From: Eledone cirrhosa
Taxonomy: Eukaryota
DNA length: 64,000 bases
NCBI GenBank assembly: GCA_964016885.1
Contig: OZ024742.1
Span: forward strand, 292,144,001-292,208,000
Direction: 5' to 3'
In this document: piece after piece, positions 36,727 to 50,284 of the stretch
Layout of the letters: each line of letters begins with the position of its first letter
How positions within the stretch are numbered: position 1 is the first letter of the stretch
The notes under the pieces: model-generated
What the model saw: only the letters and a program-made list of their open reading frames with translations
What the model was told of the DNA's origin: nothing
The model's database searches: none
Position numbers and translations under genes: made by a program

Positions 36727-39641
36727 TATGTACTAGAAATGAGGAAGGCTCCAGAATCCTGGAATTCTGTGACGCAAATAACCTAACTATCTGTAACACT
36801 AACTTCAAAAAACGAGACAATCACTTGATCACCTATAGATCAGGGGAACACGCCAGTCAGATAGATTATATCCTTACTAGAAGACGTGATAGAGTGTCTG
36901 TTGTAAACACTAAATCCCTCCCCCATGAAGAATGCACCTCCCAACATAGACTCATAGTCAGCGACCTCATAGTCAGGACAAGACGTACTCGACAACAGAG
37001 GAGGACTATCCTCAGGAGAAAAATATGGAAGCTAAAGGACGCCCACAGCCAGTAATAAATTTAAAAGCATATTACTTGATGCTTTTGACAGTAAGGAAGA
37101 GCAATTAGAGTCGTACAATATAGAGGAACAGTGGGAATTCCTGAAAGCTAACCTGCTGAAGGCGGCAGATGAAGTCTGTGGCTGGAGCAGGTCTATAGGC
37201 AGGAGGAGAGTAACGTGGTGATGGAACAGTAAGGTGGAGGAGTCAATTAAGGCCAAAAAGCAGGCTTGGAAAGTATGGCGAGATGGGGGAAGTAGAGAAG
37301 ACTATCAAGTGGCCAGGAGGGAAGCTAGGAGACAAGTGTACTTCGCAAGAAGGGAAGCAGAGGAAAGAAAGTTCAAGCATGTTCTACAACGCGAGGGCCA
37401 AAAACGTGAGGTGTTCAGCATTGCTAGGCAATGTGTCAAGGAAAACCATGATATTGTCGGGGAGAAGTGTGTCCTTAATGATGATGGTGTACTTGTCATC
37501 ACTGACACTGATAAGAAGGTAGCTTGGAAGTGTCACTACGAAAGGCTACTAAATGAGGAGAATAATTGGGAGAAAGACAGTCTCCCCCACATCAACCCAA
37601 TAGAGGGACCAGCAGTGCTAGTTGAAGGTAGTATAATAAGTAAGGCAATCAAAAATATGAAGACGGGTAAGGCGGCTGGGCCTTCGGAAATAGTTGCTGA
37701 AATGCTGAAAGCATCTGGCACGGTGGGACACACCATGGTCACCCGGATAGTAAACCAAGTCATACAGAATGGGGTCATTCCGAAGGACTGGCGTAGCAGC
37801 ATCATCATTAACTGCTACAAGGGTAAAGGAGATTCCCTAGATAGGGAAAACTATAGAGGCATTAAATTAATCGACCAGGTCATGAAAGTCACAGAAAAAG
37901 TAATAGCGCAACTAATCAGAGAGCGAATTGATCTAGATGAAATGCAGTTCGGGTTTGTATCAGGTAAACGTACCACAGACGCTCTTTTCATTGTACGACA
38001 ACTACAGGAGAAGTACCTAGCTAAAAGTAAACCCCTATACTTAGCTTTTGTTGACTTGGAGAAAGCCTTTGACAGAGTCCCCCGCTCCATTATCTGGTGG
38101 GCTCTTAGAAAACTACGTGTTGAATGGCTTGTGAGAGCTATACAAGCCATGTATAAAGAAACAGTCAGCAAGATTAGAATTAACAACGAATATAGTGAAG
38201 AGTTTAGCGTAAAAGTTGGTGTTCATCAGGGCTCCGTTCTTAGCCCCCTTCAGGCTATAACAGAGGAGTTCAAGACTGGCTACCCATGGGAACTCCTATA
38301 CACAGATGATCTAACGCTTATAACTGAATCAATGGCTGAACTAGAGAAGAAATTCCAAACATGGAAGCATGGCCTAGAATCAAAAGGCCTTAAAGTTAAC
38401 TTGTCCAAGACTAAATTTCTAGTTTGTAGGAAGGAAAATAAGGCACCGGTCCCATCTGGGAAAGGCCATGCTCAGTGTGTAGGAAAGGAGTAGGCAGAAA
38501 CTCCATTTTATGTCCCAAATGCAAAGTATGGGTGCATAAAAGATGTAGTCGGATCACAGGTAAGCTAACTAAGAATATAGATTTTATATGTGGCCGGTGC
38601 TCTGGTGCAATAGGTAGCAAGTGCCCACAGGATACTAGCTCATTCCATTGCACAGATGGTTCTATAGAAATAGTGGACACCTTCCATTACCTGGGTAACA
38701 AAATCAGCAGTGGTGGAGGGTGCTCTGAAAGTACAGTAGCTAGAGTCAGAATGGATGGAAAAAGTTCAGAGAGCTTATACCACTATTGGCCGCTAAAGTG
38801 TTCTCTCTAAAAATGAAAGGCAGGCTGTATGATGCCTGCATACGAACAGCAATGTTACATGGCAGTGAGACCTGGGCATTGTGTGCAGAGGATATACACA
38901 GACTGGAGAGGAACGAAGCTTGCATGCTCCGCTGGATGTGTAATAGTAATATACGTGAACGGCAAAGCATAAACGAACTAAGGGAGAAATTAGGAATAAG
39001 AGGGATCAGATGTTGTTTACTCGAGAGAAGGCTACGTTGGTATGGTCACGTGATGCGCATGAAAGACGACAGCTGTATAAAAAAGTGCAGGGCGATAAAA
39101 ATAGACGGTAGCCACAGAGTAGGCAGACCCAGAAAAACCTGGGACAACTTGATAAATTCCGACCTCACACACTTACACCTCTCCAAGACAATGTCACTGG
39201 ACCGAGATCTTTGGCACTACACAGTAATACAGAAGACCCGCCTTGCCTAAGTACAAAGCAAAACCTACAGTCACTAGGAACCTCTAACAAAAATACACCC
39301 CCGTCCCACTACCCCACCCCATCCATACCACCCCCTTCAATGTGAAGTTATGTTGGTACCACAACATCCAGTCCGAAACAAATGAGGTTGTGTAGGTGTC
39401 ATAACAAAAAAAACACACAGTCTACGCTGTAATGTGGCCGTGTAGGTAACACGGTAAAAACCTCCCAGTCCACACTGTAAACGTGGTTGGTGTTAGGAAG
39501 GGCATCCAGCCATAGAAAACCCGCCAGACAGTCCTATACGAGCAAGACAACTAATCTTGCCTCAAGTGCGAAAACTCCCGTCCAAACCCATGCAAGCGTG
39601 GAAGATGGACGTTAAACGATGATGATGATGATGATGATGAT
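36727..39641 (+). mobile_element. RTE LINE: EN C-terminus, RT with PHD, and 3'UTR; frameshifted
   Basis: TYRSG...QIDYIL...SQHRLI (APE endonuclease); RT ORFs 37234..38493, 38475..38810 and 38786..39250 (YTDD). In-frame loss of LFIIAL relative to the 28779 copy. (ATG)n tail. Confidence 0.96.
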
Positions 39642-39772
39642 ATGTATATATGAATAAAACATATATGAATAAAAGTGTAAAAGCAATAACCAGGTAAAAA
39701 GCCAGTTTATGGCAAAACCAATGTTTGACCTACAAGAAATAGCAGTTAAATAAATCTAACTAAGATAACATA

Positions 39773-40120
39773 TCATCATCATCATCATTTTTACGTCCAT
39801 TTTTCCACATTTGCATGTGTTGGACGGGTCCTTTTCGTCACAGCATCTTTCCATTCACCACATTTCTTCGTTATCTTCTCTGTGAATCTTGGTAATTTCA
39901 GGTCAGCTCTCATAACTTCTGTCCAGTTCTTTCTTGGTCTACCTCTACTGCAACTTCCTTCCACTAATATTTGCTGGTACTTCTTCACCCATTGTTCATC
40001 ATCCATATGCATCACATGTGAACCAATGCAGTCTTCTCTCCTGCACACCACCTTGGATTCCTCTTAAACCCAGCTTCTCCCTCAGTTCATCCATGCTTTA
40101 CCTTTCTCTCACATTTATAT
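39773..40120 (-). mobile_element. RTE 3' fragment
   Basis: HVMHMDDEQWVKK...SRGRPRKNW; (CAT)n tail at the left end. Confidence 0.85.
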
Positions 40121-40149
40121 CTTAGAAGGGGAAGGACACATTCAATCAT

Positions 40150-40340
40150 GTTTCGTGCATAGATCTCCAGTCAAAATACTCATCGATAGTCTGTATCCAC
40201 TGCAGAGTCTTTTGATGGTGCTTTCTCTATCTCCAACTCTGGAGGGCCCTAAGATTTTGTCCCTCATACTGTTTCTTTTATACATCAACCAGCCACATGC
40301 TGTCACCTCTACCAACACCAACTTCTATGCAGATGTACAC
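40150..40340 (+). mobile_element. Decayed CR1/jockey-like RT fragment
   Basis: GPKILSLILFLLYINQ...NFYAD resembles QGSVLSPxLFLLYIND...YADD. Confidence 0.55.
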
Positions 40341-40599
40341 CACCCTTCAATCCTCTGTAACCTTCTACACACAAACATCATCCCCATGCAAATTAGATAC
40401 CCCAACCCTGCTCTCACTGCATGGACAGGTTGGTCTAGGTAGGTAGAGAGAGAGAAGTTATTGTAGAAGTGGTAGAAGAGACAGAGAGAAGCTAAAGTGT
40501 GTGGTGTGTCAATGGTTGTTGTGGTGTGTTGTTAACTGGGTTTTTATTAATTAGATGAATGGCCATTTATTGAATGAGGCCTAAGATGTCTGCTTGTGA

Positions 40600-40633
<34 letters not shown>

Positions 40634-40674
40634 ATAGCAGCAGTAGTAGTAGTACTAATAGAAGCAGCAGTATT

Positions 40675-41005
40675 AACTGGAAACACTCCTCATCAGAACT
40701 AAAGGAGATCCAGCACACATCATCAACATCAACATCAACATCATTTAACGATGATGTTGATGTTGATGCTGTATATATTATAAAGGGTGGGCAATAAATG
40801 AAATCCTTATTATTATTATCAAAGGGCGGTGAATTGGCAGTATCAGTAGAGGGTCGGACATGCTTTTCAGCAGAGTTACGTCCCTTTACGTTCTGAGTTC
40901 AAATCCCGCCGAGGTTAACTTTGCCTTTCATCCTTACGGGGTCGATAAAATAAAGTACCAGTAATGTACTGGGTAATTGCTGGCCTTGTGCCAAAAGTAG
41001 AAACA

Positions 41006-41077
<72 letters not shown>

Positions 41078-42011
41078 TAGTAGTAGGAGAGGTGGTAGTA
41101 GTAGTAGTAGTTGTAGTAGTATCATCATCAGCAGCAACAGCAGCTGTAGCAGTAGTAGTAGCTGTAGTAGTAGCAGCAGCAGCAGCAGCAGCAGCAGTAT
41201 TATTAGTAGTAGTAGCACTATTCCATACACATGACCAGCCTTTCAAAAGTGGGTTTGACTATAAAACAATGTACCAATAAACTATGTTGATAATTATTAA
41301 AAAAAAAACACCTTTATTACCTGGCTATAAACATCTAAATGAACTAGCAAAACTATCAGTAAATACTCCACAGTATCTAATTAATATATTAACAAGTAGG
41401 GAACAGTCTTCTTCTCATTAATTCTCCTTTTAAACTTGCATGTTATTAAGGTGTGTGACAGTAGCATGTGTGTGTCTTTAAATTATGATCAACAATTGAG
41501 AATCAATTATAATTGATTATCAATGACAAAAATGATGGAATCATGGGTGACAAATATTTAGTCGATAACGCTAAAGAAAATATATACAACAGAAACATGA
41601 GCACTCTCGTTTCTATTCAATTAATCAGGGAACTAATTAATTTTGCAGTTAAGTGATTCTTGAAAAATAGAAGATGAAAATCATTAGAGTTGTACACGCA
41701 CACATTATAATCATCATCATCATCTTAACATCCAATACACACACACATATACACACACACACATATATATATATATACACATACATATATATACATGTAT
41801 ATTTGTGTATATATATATATACACACACACACATACATGCACACACATTATATATATATATATGAGATAATCGTGTCTCCGGCATGGCTGAATAGCTCTC
41901 TCAAGCCTTTATAATATATACATCATCATCAACATCATTGTTAAATGATGTTGATGTTGATGATGATGTGTGCTAGACCACCATTAGTTCTGATGAAGAG
42001 TGTTTCCAGTT
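40675..42011. repeat. About 110-bp inverted repeat pair (40675-40786 / 41906-42011)
   Basis: aactggaaacactcctcatcagaacta...gtatatattataaagg and its diverged reverse complement; each arm contains a (CAT)/(ATG) mini-palindrome. Confidence 0.85.
40824..41035 (+). mobile_element. SINE family B, full length
   Basis: gggcggtgaattggcag head, GAGTTCAAATCCC B box, central conserved block and (ATT)n tail. Confidence 0.9.
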
Positions 42012-42232
42012 GTTTGAACAACAGAACAGCTTGCTCATGAAATTAACATGCAAGTGACTGAGCATTATACAGATACATAGACACATGTACCTGTAACGTA
42101 ATTCTGAGAAACATTCAGTGTGACAAGGCTGGATCAATATGATATTAAATGTCTTACTGAAGGACACAATATGTTGCTAAGAATTAGAGCTGAACACCCT
42201 AACCACTAAGCTATATGCCTTCATCCAATAAT

Positions 42233-42409
42233 TGTTTCTATTTTAGGCACAAGGCCAGCAATTACCCAGTACATTACTGGTACTTTATTTTATCGACCCC
42301 GTAAGGATGAAAGGCAAAGTTAACCTCGGTGGGATTTGAACTCAGATCATAAAAGGACGTAACTCTATGCTTCAAAGCATGGTGTCCAACTTTCTACCGA
42401 TACTGCCAA
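42233..42409 (-). mobile_element. SINE family B with 10-bp TSD
   Basis: TSD ATCCAATAAT at 42223-42232 and 42410-42419. Confidence 0.88.
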
Positions 42410-43281
42410 ATCCAATAATGGTATATACTGTATCTCATAAAGGGTTGAGAGTGTAATTTAGCCATATCAACGACACAACAACCTACCTAGTGTTGGTGAT
42501 ATGATAAAATGCACCCAGTATACTCTGTAAAGTGGTTAGCATTATGGAAGGCATCCTGCTATAAAAACTTATGTGAAAAAGGGCTGAGAGGAATCTTCAG
42601 TAGTATAAAGGAACAGAAAAACCTCTCTAGTGTTGGTGTCATGATAAAATACACTCAGTACACTGTAGTTGGTGATAGGAAACATGGCAAAGTGTAAAAA
42701 CCAATAAATCTATCACTCTCAGTCTATTTTCTTTTCCTCCTACTCACTCTCTCCCCATTTTTCTCACTAATTCTTTCATTCATTGCTCTTTAACTCATGT
42801 TCTCCCCTTTAAAATTGTTGTATCCCTTCCTTCATTCCTTCCAACCACCACAACAACTCCCCTCTCATCTCTCTTCCCTTCACCCCACCCATCTTTTATC
42901 ACTCTTTCCTCTCCCCTTCTTTCTCTATCTATTTCTTCCTCTCCTATGCTTTCCTCTGTCCATCACCCCCACTCTTTCTCTTTATGTCAACCTCATCTAT
43001 TCTTTTTCCTTCTCTTCTGACATTTAATTACAGCAATTAATTTCATTATAACATCTAATTCTCCATCACAGAACTGCAATGTGAACGAAAAACTCTTCAA
43101 CTCTTTCATTTTAAAATGAACTTTTCTTTCCTAAACTGCTGAATGTGTGGTGATGCCTGAGTCACCAGATGCTCTACTACCTGTGTCACACCACCACCAC
43201 CGGCGCCGCCGCCACCACCAAGGAACTACTAATTACTTCAGTGATTAACATAACATCTGTCTTATCTTCTCCCCCCCCCCC

Positions 43282-43313
<32 letters not shown>

Positions 43314-43640
43314 ACATCATCAACATTTTACATCCATTCTTCCATGCTAGCATGGGTTAGAATATTCATGGTAATAACTTAATGGAAAGTCTGTAACCTA
43401 GTGGTTAGAGGGTTAGGTTTATGAATGTAAGCTCATGAGTCTGATTTCCATGGTGAGCACCAAGTTGTGTCCTTGATCAAGGCACTTCATTTCATGTTGC
43501 TCAAGCCCACTCAGCTACTGATCAAATAAATAAATAAATATATATATAAATAAATAAGTACCTGCAATAGCAACAGAAGAGGTTAGCTTCATGATAGGCA
43601 CCACAGCCAGGTGGGAAGTCTTTTGTTCTCAGTCTCTTAA

Positions 43641-43872
43641 CCCTTTAGTTACCAGCCCGGCCAAAACCAACTCTGGTTCTTTGAAATAAAACCACCCATT
43701 TTAAAGGTTTCCAATTTCGAATATAATTTTCCAACATAATTTTTTCTAAGAACCTTACATTAAGTTAGTATCTTAGTAATGTAATAAATAATAATTTTCG
43801 TAAATCTCTCAAAATATTTCACTAATTAATTGAAGTAGAGTGTATTTCATTGGCAATGTGGTCATGAAAGAG
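43641..43872. mobile_element. piggyBac-like MITE
   Basis: TTAA-CCCTTT...AAAGAG-TTAA; related sequence at about 5363-5605 and 53100-53437. Confidence 0.7.
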
Positions 43873-44205
43873 TTAATGCTATTGAAGCCAAGATAAGTTT
43901 GGATATAATGAGCCTCTTGGTTCTAGAGAGACTTTAACTTTTCCAATTTCAAGTGGTTCTTAAAAACTCAAGCTACTTTCTCCTCCTTGCAGCCTGAGGG
44001 TTTCTCAATTTAATTCCTTATTTTGAATTGTCATCTGGTAATTTTTCATCTGAACACCATATGAACAAGCTTTTCAAATCACAATAATTATATTCTCTTA
44101 AATGGGATTAATGTCTGAAGCAGCAGTTTTTTATGAACTGTTAACTTATTATAGTAGGTTGTATTGGTATTTAACTCATGCTAGCATGGAACATAAACAT
44201 TAATC

Positions 44206-44238
<33 letters not shown>

Positions 44239-44523
44239 GATGATGATGATGATGATGATGATGATATATATGTGTGTGCGTGTGTGTGTGTGTGCGCATA
44301 AATATTAATTAAAAAAGTTTGAAGCGATGAGTCTATATGAATTTTCATAAAATTGTAGTATTCTCAGTGTGAAGGGTAGCTGTAAACAGCTGAATACTAT
44401 ATATGTATAGTAAAAAGTAGGTTAAGATATAACCACATATTGAACAGAGAGCTGGAGAGAAAGAAAGAGAGTCTAAAGCATGATAAATAAATATATATAT
44501 ATAAATAAATATATATATATATA

Positions 44524-44798
44524 TCCAGGCCGAAACAAATGAGATCGTGTAGGTGTCACGACAAAAAAACACACAGTCCACGCTGTAATGTGGCCGTGTA
44601 GGCAACACGGTAAAAACCTCCCAGACCCACACTGTAAATGTGGTTGGTGTTAGGAAGGGCATCCAACTGTAGAAAACCTGCCAGACAGTCCTATGCGAGC
44701 AAGACAATCACTCTTGCCTCAAGTGGGACTACCCCCGTCCAAACCCATGCAAGCGTGGAACACGGACGTTAAACGTTGATGATGATGATGATGATGAT
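44524..44798 (+). mobile_element. RTE 3'UTR copy (young)
   Basis: Apparently identical to the reverse complement of 16219-16494; abuts the PLE pLTR. Confidence 0.92.
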
Positions 44799-44846
44799 AT
44801 ACAATGATATTAAATAAATGGAAACTATATTTATAAAACCATATTT

Positions 44847-44909
44847 ATTTTATTATATATATTTCAAGGGCAACCAAGACAACATTGGTACGCTTTCATC
44901 ACATAAAAT
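44847..44909 (-). ncRNA. Hammerhead ribozyme copy with C3G core mutation (probably inactive)
   Basis: AUUUUAU-GUGAUGA-AAG...CUU-GAAA-UAUAUA-UA-AUAAAAU. Confidence 0.7.
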
Positions 44910-44949
44910 ACAAAGTTTGTTTTATAAATAGAGACATACCCATGAAAAT

Positions 44950-47654
44950 TTGAACACTTCTGCTTGGTGTTGTTTAGCGCCCCCCAAACTACCATCAGGA
45001 CACACAGCTTTGCGATATCCTCAGAGTTGCTGCCAAGAAAACAGCCACTTATGTGTTTATTGCAGGTGACTTCAATCATCCTAAGATCGATTGGGAAACC
45101 TTTCGTTGGCCACAAGGTGCAAATGATTTCCTTGAACTAGTGCTGGACTCAAACTGGTCACAAGTAGTCACCTCTCCAACAAGAGGTGACAACACTTTGG
45201 ACCTGATCTTCACCACTACTCCTGAAGTGGTTATCAGTTGTACTACTGAGGAACCTCTAGGCGACTCTGATCATGCTATGATCATTGCCAATCTGGCACT
45301 TGAGGGCACCAACAAAAACCAGAGCCATCTCCAATCTGCTTGCTTTGATTGGAAGAGGGCGGATTGGAATTTGTACTGCACTGAGCTACAGCGCCCAAAC
45401 TGGCATGAGATGTATAACTCTGGAGATGTGAACACTATACTCCAGAGCATCCTGGACTCAATGCGGTCCGACTTCAGCGGTCCGACTTGCCAGGAAAGAA
45501 CGTCGGAACGCTGAACGGGAATATAAACTGCATAAATCAGATGCCAACAGAAAAAAGCGGAATAAATCTTCTAACCATCTCAAGCAAGTGACAAAGAAGG
45601 CAGTGCTTGAATTTGAACAGTGCATAGCAACCAATCCTGACAGTAAGGTGTTCTGGAAATATGTTCATTCAAAGCAGAGACCTCACTCTCCAGTTGGTCC
45701 TCTTCGCAATCCCCACACAAGCCAGATCACTGACGATCCCAAAGAATGCGCAGAACTCATTGCTGAGTGCTATGCAAGTATTTTTACTGTTGAAAACCAG
45801 AATGTACCATCTCCACCATCTCTAACATCAAATTCCATAACAACTATGGAATTTACACCTGCAATGTTGCGACGTCACCTTAAGAATAAGCGCAACTCTG
45901 CCTCCCCTGGTCTTGATGGTGTGACATACCTGCTTCTCAAACGTGGCGGGTATTTCCTTTTGCACCAGCTTTCTTTCTTCTTTCAATACTGTCTCAACAA
46001 TGGTGCTACTCCGGAGCAGTGGAAAACTGCCAGTGTCATTCCCCTGTTCAAAAAGGGCAACCGCATGTCACCTCTCAACTATTGTCCAGTCAGTCTTACT
46101 AGCTGTATGGCCAAACTGATGGAATCCTGTGTCAGAGAAACACTTTGGAACTTCTGGAGCTCTCACAGCCTCATCCGGCCCTCACAGTTTGGATTTATCC
46201 CTAACTCCAACTGCTGTGGTCAGCTTATCGAGTTCCTTGAAGACATCACCCGGATCACTGACAGGGGCTCATGGGTGGATGTTGTTTACCTTGACTTTGC
46301 TAAGGCTTTTAATTCTGTGCCACACAAAAGACTTATGGCAAAACTCTCTGAAATGGGTGTGAGGGATGATCTTTTCGACTGGCTGAAATCCTTCATTCTC
46401 AGCCGAAAAGAAGTAGTCACGGTTCTAGGACAGCATTCTTCACCATATGAGATGTCATCTGGTGTACCGCAGGGATCTGTTCTTGGTCCCCTTTTGTTTG
46501 TGGCATATATTAATGACATAGATGCCAACTTACAGAATGCCACGGTACTGAAATATGCAGATGACATCAAGCTGTACCTTGAAATCAAAAGGACTGATCC
46601 TGAAATTTACAACTCTTTCCTACAATCAGACCTGGACACAATGCAGCAATGGATCACAGACTGGCAACTGAAGCTGGCTGTGGACAAGTGTCCTACCATG
46701 CATTTTGGAAGGAAAAATCCAGCATCCACATACTCCCTCCACAACACTGATATCAAGAAGTCCTCTTGTGAACGTGACCTGGGCATTACTGTCAGCGGCG
46801 ATTTGCATTGGACAAAGCATGTCTCTAAGATTGTCAAGAAGGCCGAGGGTGTCTTGGCATCACTCAGCAAGACCTTTGTTAGCCGCTCTCCAGCCATCTA
46901 TTTAAAACTGTATACAGCTATGGTACGACCACACTTGGAATTTGCATCATCAGTCTGGAACCCCTATCTTGCTCAGAACATTGACCTCCTGGAAACTGTT
47001 CAGAGACGTGCAAGTAAGCACATACCCTCCATCAGACACCTACCATACTCTGAACGCCTTGCTTCCCTGGGCATGGATTCATTGAAGCTCCGACGTCTGG
47101 CAATGGACTTGGTGAATACCCACAAATTTATTAACCATCTCGCCAATTGCAACCCTGAGCACCTTTTTGATCTCCATGTGTCTAACACACGTGGACATGC
47201 CTACAAAATCAGAAAACAGCACAGCTCCCATGACTTTCGTAGACATTTTTTCACGCTCAGAGTTGCTGACGCATGGAACAAACTGCCTGCGTCAGTTGTT
47301 AGCTGCCGAGACACTGCATCCTTTAAGACACTCATGCTTCCCGAAATACGCCAAAACTACACCTGATGTACCCCTTCCATACACATGCACACATGTGTGT
47401 ATCATGACTCGTGTACTGTTCATTTTACTGATGTTTGTGCATTGCCCTATGTACTGTACATGCACTTTTTGATGAGTTGTGGTGTACCTGGGCACTGTAC
47501 ACAATATTTCATTATTATTATTATTATTATTATATCATGACTCATACACTGTTCATTTTCCTGACATTTGTACATTATTCTATGTACTATACATGCACCT
47601 TTGATGAGTTGTAGTGCACATGAGCACTGTACACAATAATTTCATTATTATTAT
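44950..47654 (+). mobile_element. CR1-like LINE ORF2 (EN and RT) inserted in the PLE pLTR
   Basis: AGDFNHP...TRGDNTLDLIF...SDH (EN). YLDFAKAF, PQGSVLGP, YADD, RPHLEFAS and TRGH (RT, ORF 45588..47366). (ATT)n tail. TSD AAAAT at 44945-44949 / 47655-47659; empty site at about 32303. Confidence 0.95.
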
Positions 47655-48030
47655 AAAATCATACCTTATCGGTTGGAAATTCACTGGATAGTGGAAATAT
47701 ATTAGGGATTATTCAAACTTATGTGTGAATATGCAAATGAATATGTAAATAATTGAAAAACAACCGTTTATTTAAATGACACTGGAGAAAGAGAGAGAGA
47801 AAAAATATAAGGGGATAAAGATAAAAAATATTATGCGAGAGATAGAGAGAAGAAATAGGCAAGAGAAGATGAATAAAACTCATATAACGTTAATTTGGGG
47901 GAAACATATTCTAAGTATATATCTAATAGTACGATTATAAGTATATATCTAATAGTACGATTATTATTTACGATTATTAGTTGTTTAAAATTCGTTTCTA
48001 ATATAATATTTTCTGTTATAAGTCGATAGC

Positions 48031-48065
<35 letters not shown>

Positions 48066-49883
48066 ATAGATAAAAAGATAAATAAATGAATAGTTGGGTA
48101 TATCGTGTTATAGATAATTGTTTTAATGAGTTATGAGGGATATTGGTTTTGTATTTAATGTAAGTAAATATTAAGTTAAATTAAATTAAATTAAATTAAC
48201 TGAGTTAATAAGAATATTTATATTTATATATTTTAAAATGGGAAGATACGGAAAAACTCCAGTTTTGTTTATTTATTCGTTAGTATGAGACTATTTTGTC
48301 AAAATAAGTATAAATGTTGAAAGATATATTTAGCCAGAATTAGTTAGTGGTTATAAATCTAATAAAAGATATTGAAAAAATATGAAAAATTTGAGAACAT
48401 TTTTTTTAAAATAATTTATAAGAGATAAGTAATTTTTAAAAAATAAGTAATTTTTAAAAAGAGATAAAAAATTAAAGAAATAAAAAATAAAGAATTAAAA
48501 ATTATTAAGATTAAAATTAAAATTAAAATTAAAATTAAAATTAAAATTAAAATTTTAAAAAAATTAGAATTATATATGTATATATTTTATGAAACTCTAA
48601 CAAGTGAAATTATAGCAAATGTTATAGATATGATTTAGAGAAATCAATATATTAAAACCAAGTGGATAAGATTGTTATGGAAATAAGTAGAAATATTATA
48701 GGTGTAATTATAATTTATATATAGTTCTAAATGTTGAATTCAGGCGATGTCTACAAGAATTAAATAAATTCGTTCTTAGATTAATAGAGTTCTTACATTT
48801 AAGTATGAAAAAAAATTTCCTCAACACACAATTTGCAGAATCTAGATAGAGCTGTATTTCGGTACACAGGTGCTTTGAAATTATTTCTCAAGTTAATGAA
48901 TAATCCATATTTTTGCATTTTATGTTCCATATCAGGTTTGAAAGAGAAGTTGAAGATTTTTTATCAAATCTTCGGAAAGAGCATTTGTGATTATTCCAGC
49001 GACTTTTAAATTCTGTAGAAGTTGCACCTACATAGTTGAATATATTATCACTGGTTTTGACTGTACATTTGTAGACCACGTCCTTATCTAAACACTTATT
49101 TTGTAAAGGACAGTTTAATTTAATTCTACAGTTGCATTTTGCGGAGTTGTTGTTATTCAGAATGGTACTATTATGTTGGATATTGCTAGAGATATTACTG
49201 CTATTTTGGTTATTTTGGTTAGAGTTTAAATTTCTATTATTGATTCTATTTATATTTTGTGCTATGTTCATAGTAGTAGAGTAGGATAGTTTTATAGTAT
49301 GTCTGTTAAAGATTGAATGGTATCTGTGGGCTTTAGGAAAACATTTATCTAGCGCTTTAAAGAATAGCTTTGCTAAAGGTGTTTTAACGCTTAATGAGAA
49401 TGGGGGTGAGTACCAAATAATATTTCTAGTTCTATTTCTTCTGTTAGTTTTAGAGTTTAAGTTAGATTTTTTATTATAATTATAATTAATAGTAGGGTTA
49501 TTTTCCTTATTACTGTTGTCGATGTATTTAATCTTATTTATATAGCCTGCTCTATTTAAAGCATCATTATAATATTCTGCCTTATCGTCAAAAATGTTTT
49601 TATTAGCGGAGATGCGTGAAATACGTTGTTGGATAGAATTGACAATAGTGTTCTCAATAGATCTAGGATGATTAGAGTTAAAACTTAGATAGTTTAGATT
49701 TTCATTAATTTTATGGAATGGATAGTAGAGCCCTGTGTTAAGGTTTAATGTTACGTCTAAAAGGTTAACAATTTTATAGTTATTCTCTATTTCTAACTTA
49801 AGGTTGTAGCTATTCAAGAATTGTATTATGGATTTTCTTTTTCTATTAATTTCACAATTACTATGATTTTCAATTAAAAGCAG

Positions 49884-50284
49884 TGTAGTGACCTACATTC
49901 TGCGGGTTCACATGCATTCTATGTGCGTGATTTGGCTCAGCTCAGCCAATCAGCGCCAGCAGAAGAGGATGTATCCCTACGCGTCCTGAGAGAGAAATTA
50001 CCCGCGGAGATTTGAAGAAAATCTCTCTCTCGCACCTAGGACTTCGAACCAGCAACACGTACATGTGACGGTGAGATTTTGCACCTTAACCTGCCGACTT
50101 TCCGGCGCAATGACACATTCCCTTTTGTAACCTCATTTTTATGTGTAACTTCAACCATACAAGTTAACCAACATTATTTGTGCTATAACAAAAATAAACA
50201 TACATTTCATCTCTAATTTCTGCTGTTGACATCATTATTATGTTACTTGTGTCTCAATAACATTTAATTTACCATGCTGCTAAA
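49884..50284 (+). mobile_element. 401-bp solo LTR (Ty3/gypsy-like) interrupting the PLE RT
   Basis: Starts TGTAG and ends CTAAA (one change from CTACA). 4-bp TSD GCAG; CCAAT box and AATAAA inside. Removing it restores YRDDMLLLIENHS...FLNSYNLKLEI. Confidence 0.85.

Noticed and set aside
48888-48890. In-frame TGA in the Naiad PLE as selenocysteine (some Naiads encode selenoproteins)
   Set aside because: The sister copy at about 34556 has TGG (SLAWE), so this is a Trp-to-stop mutation. The Cys motifs use ordinary codons and no SECIS was recognised.
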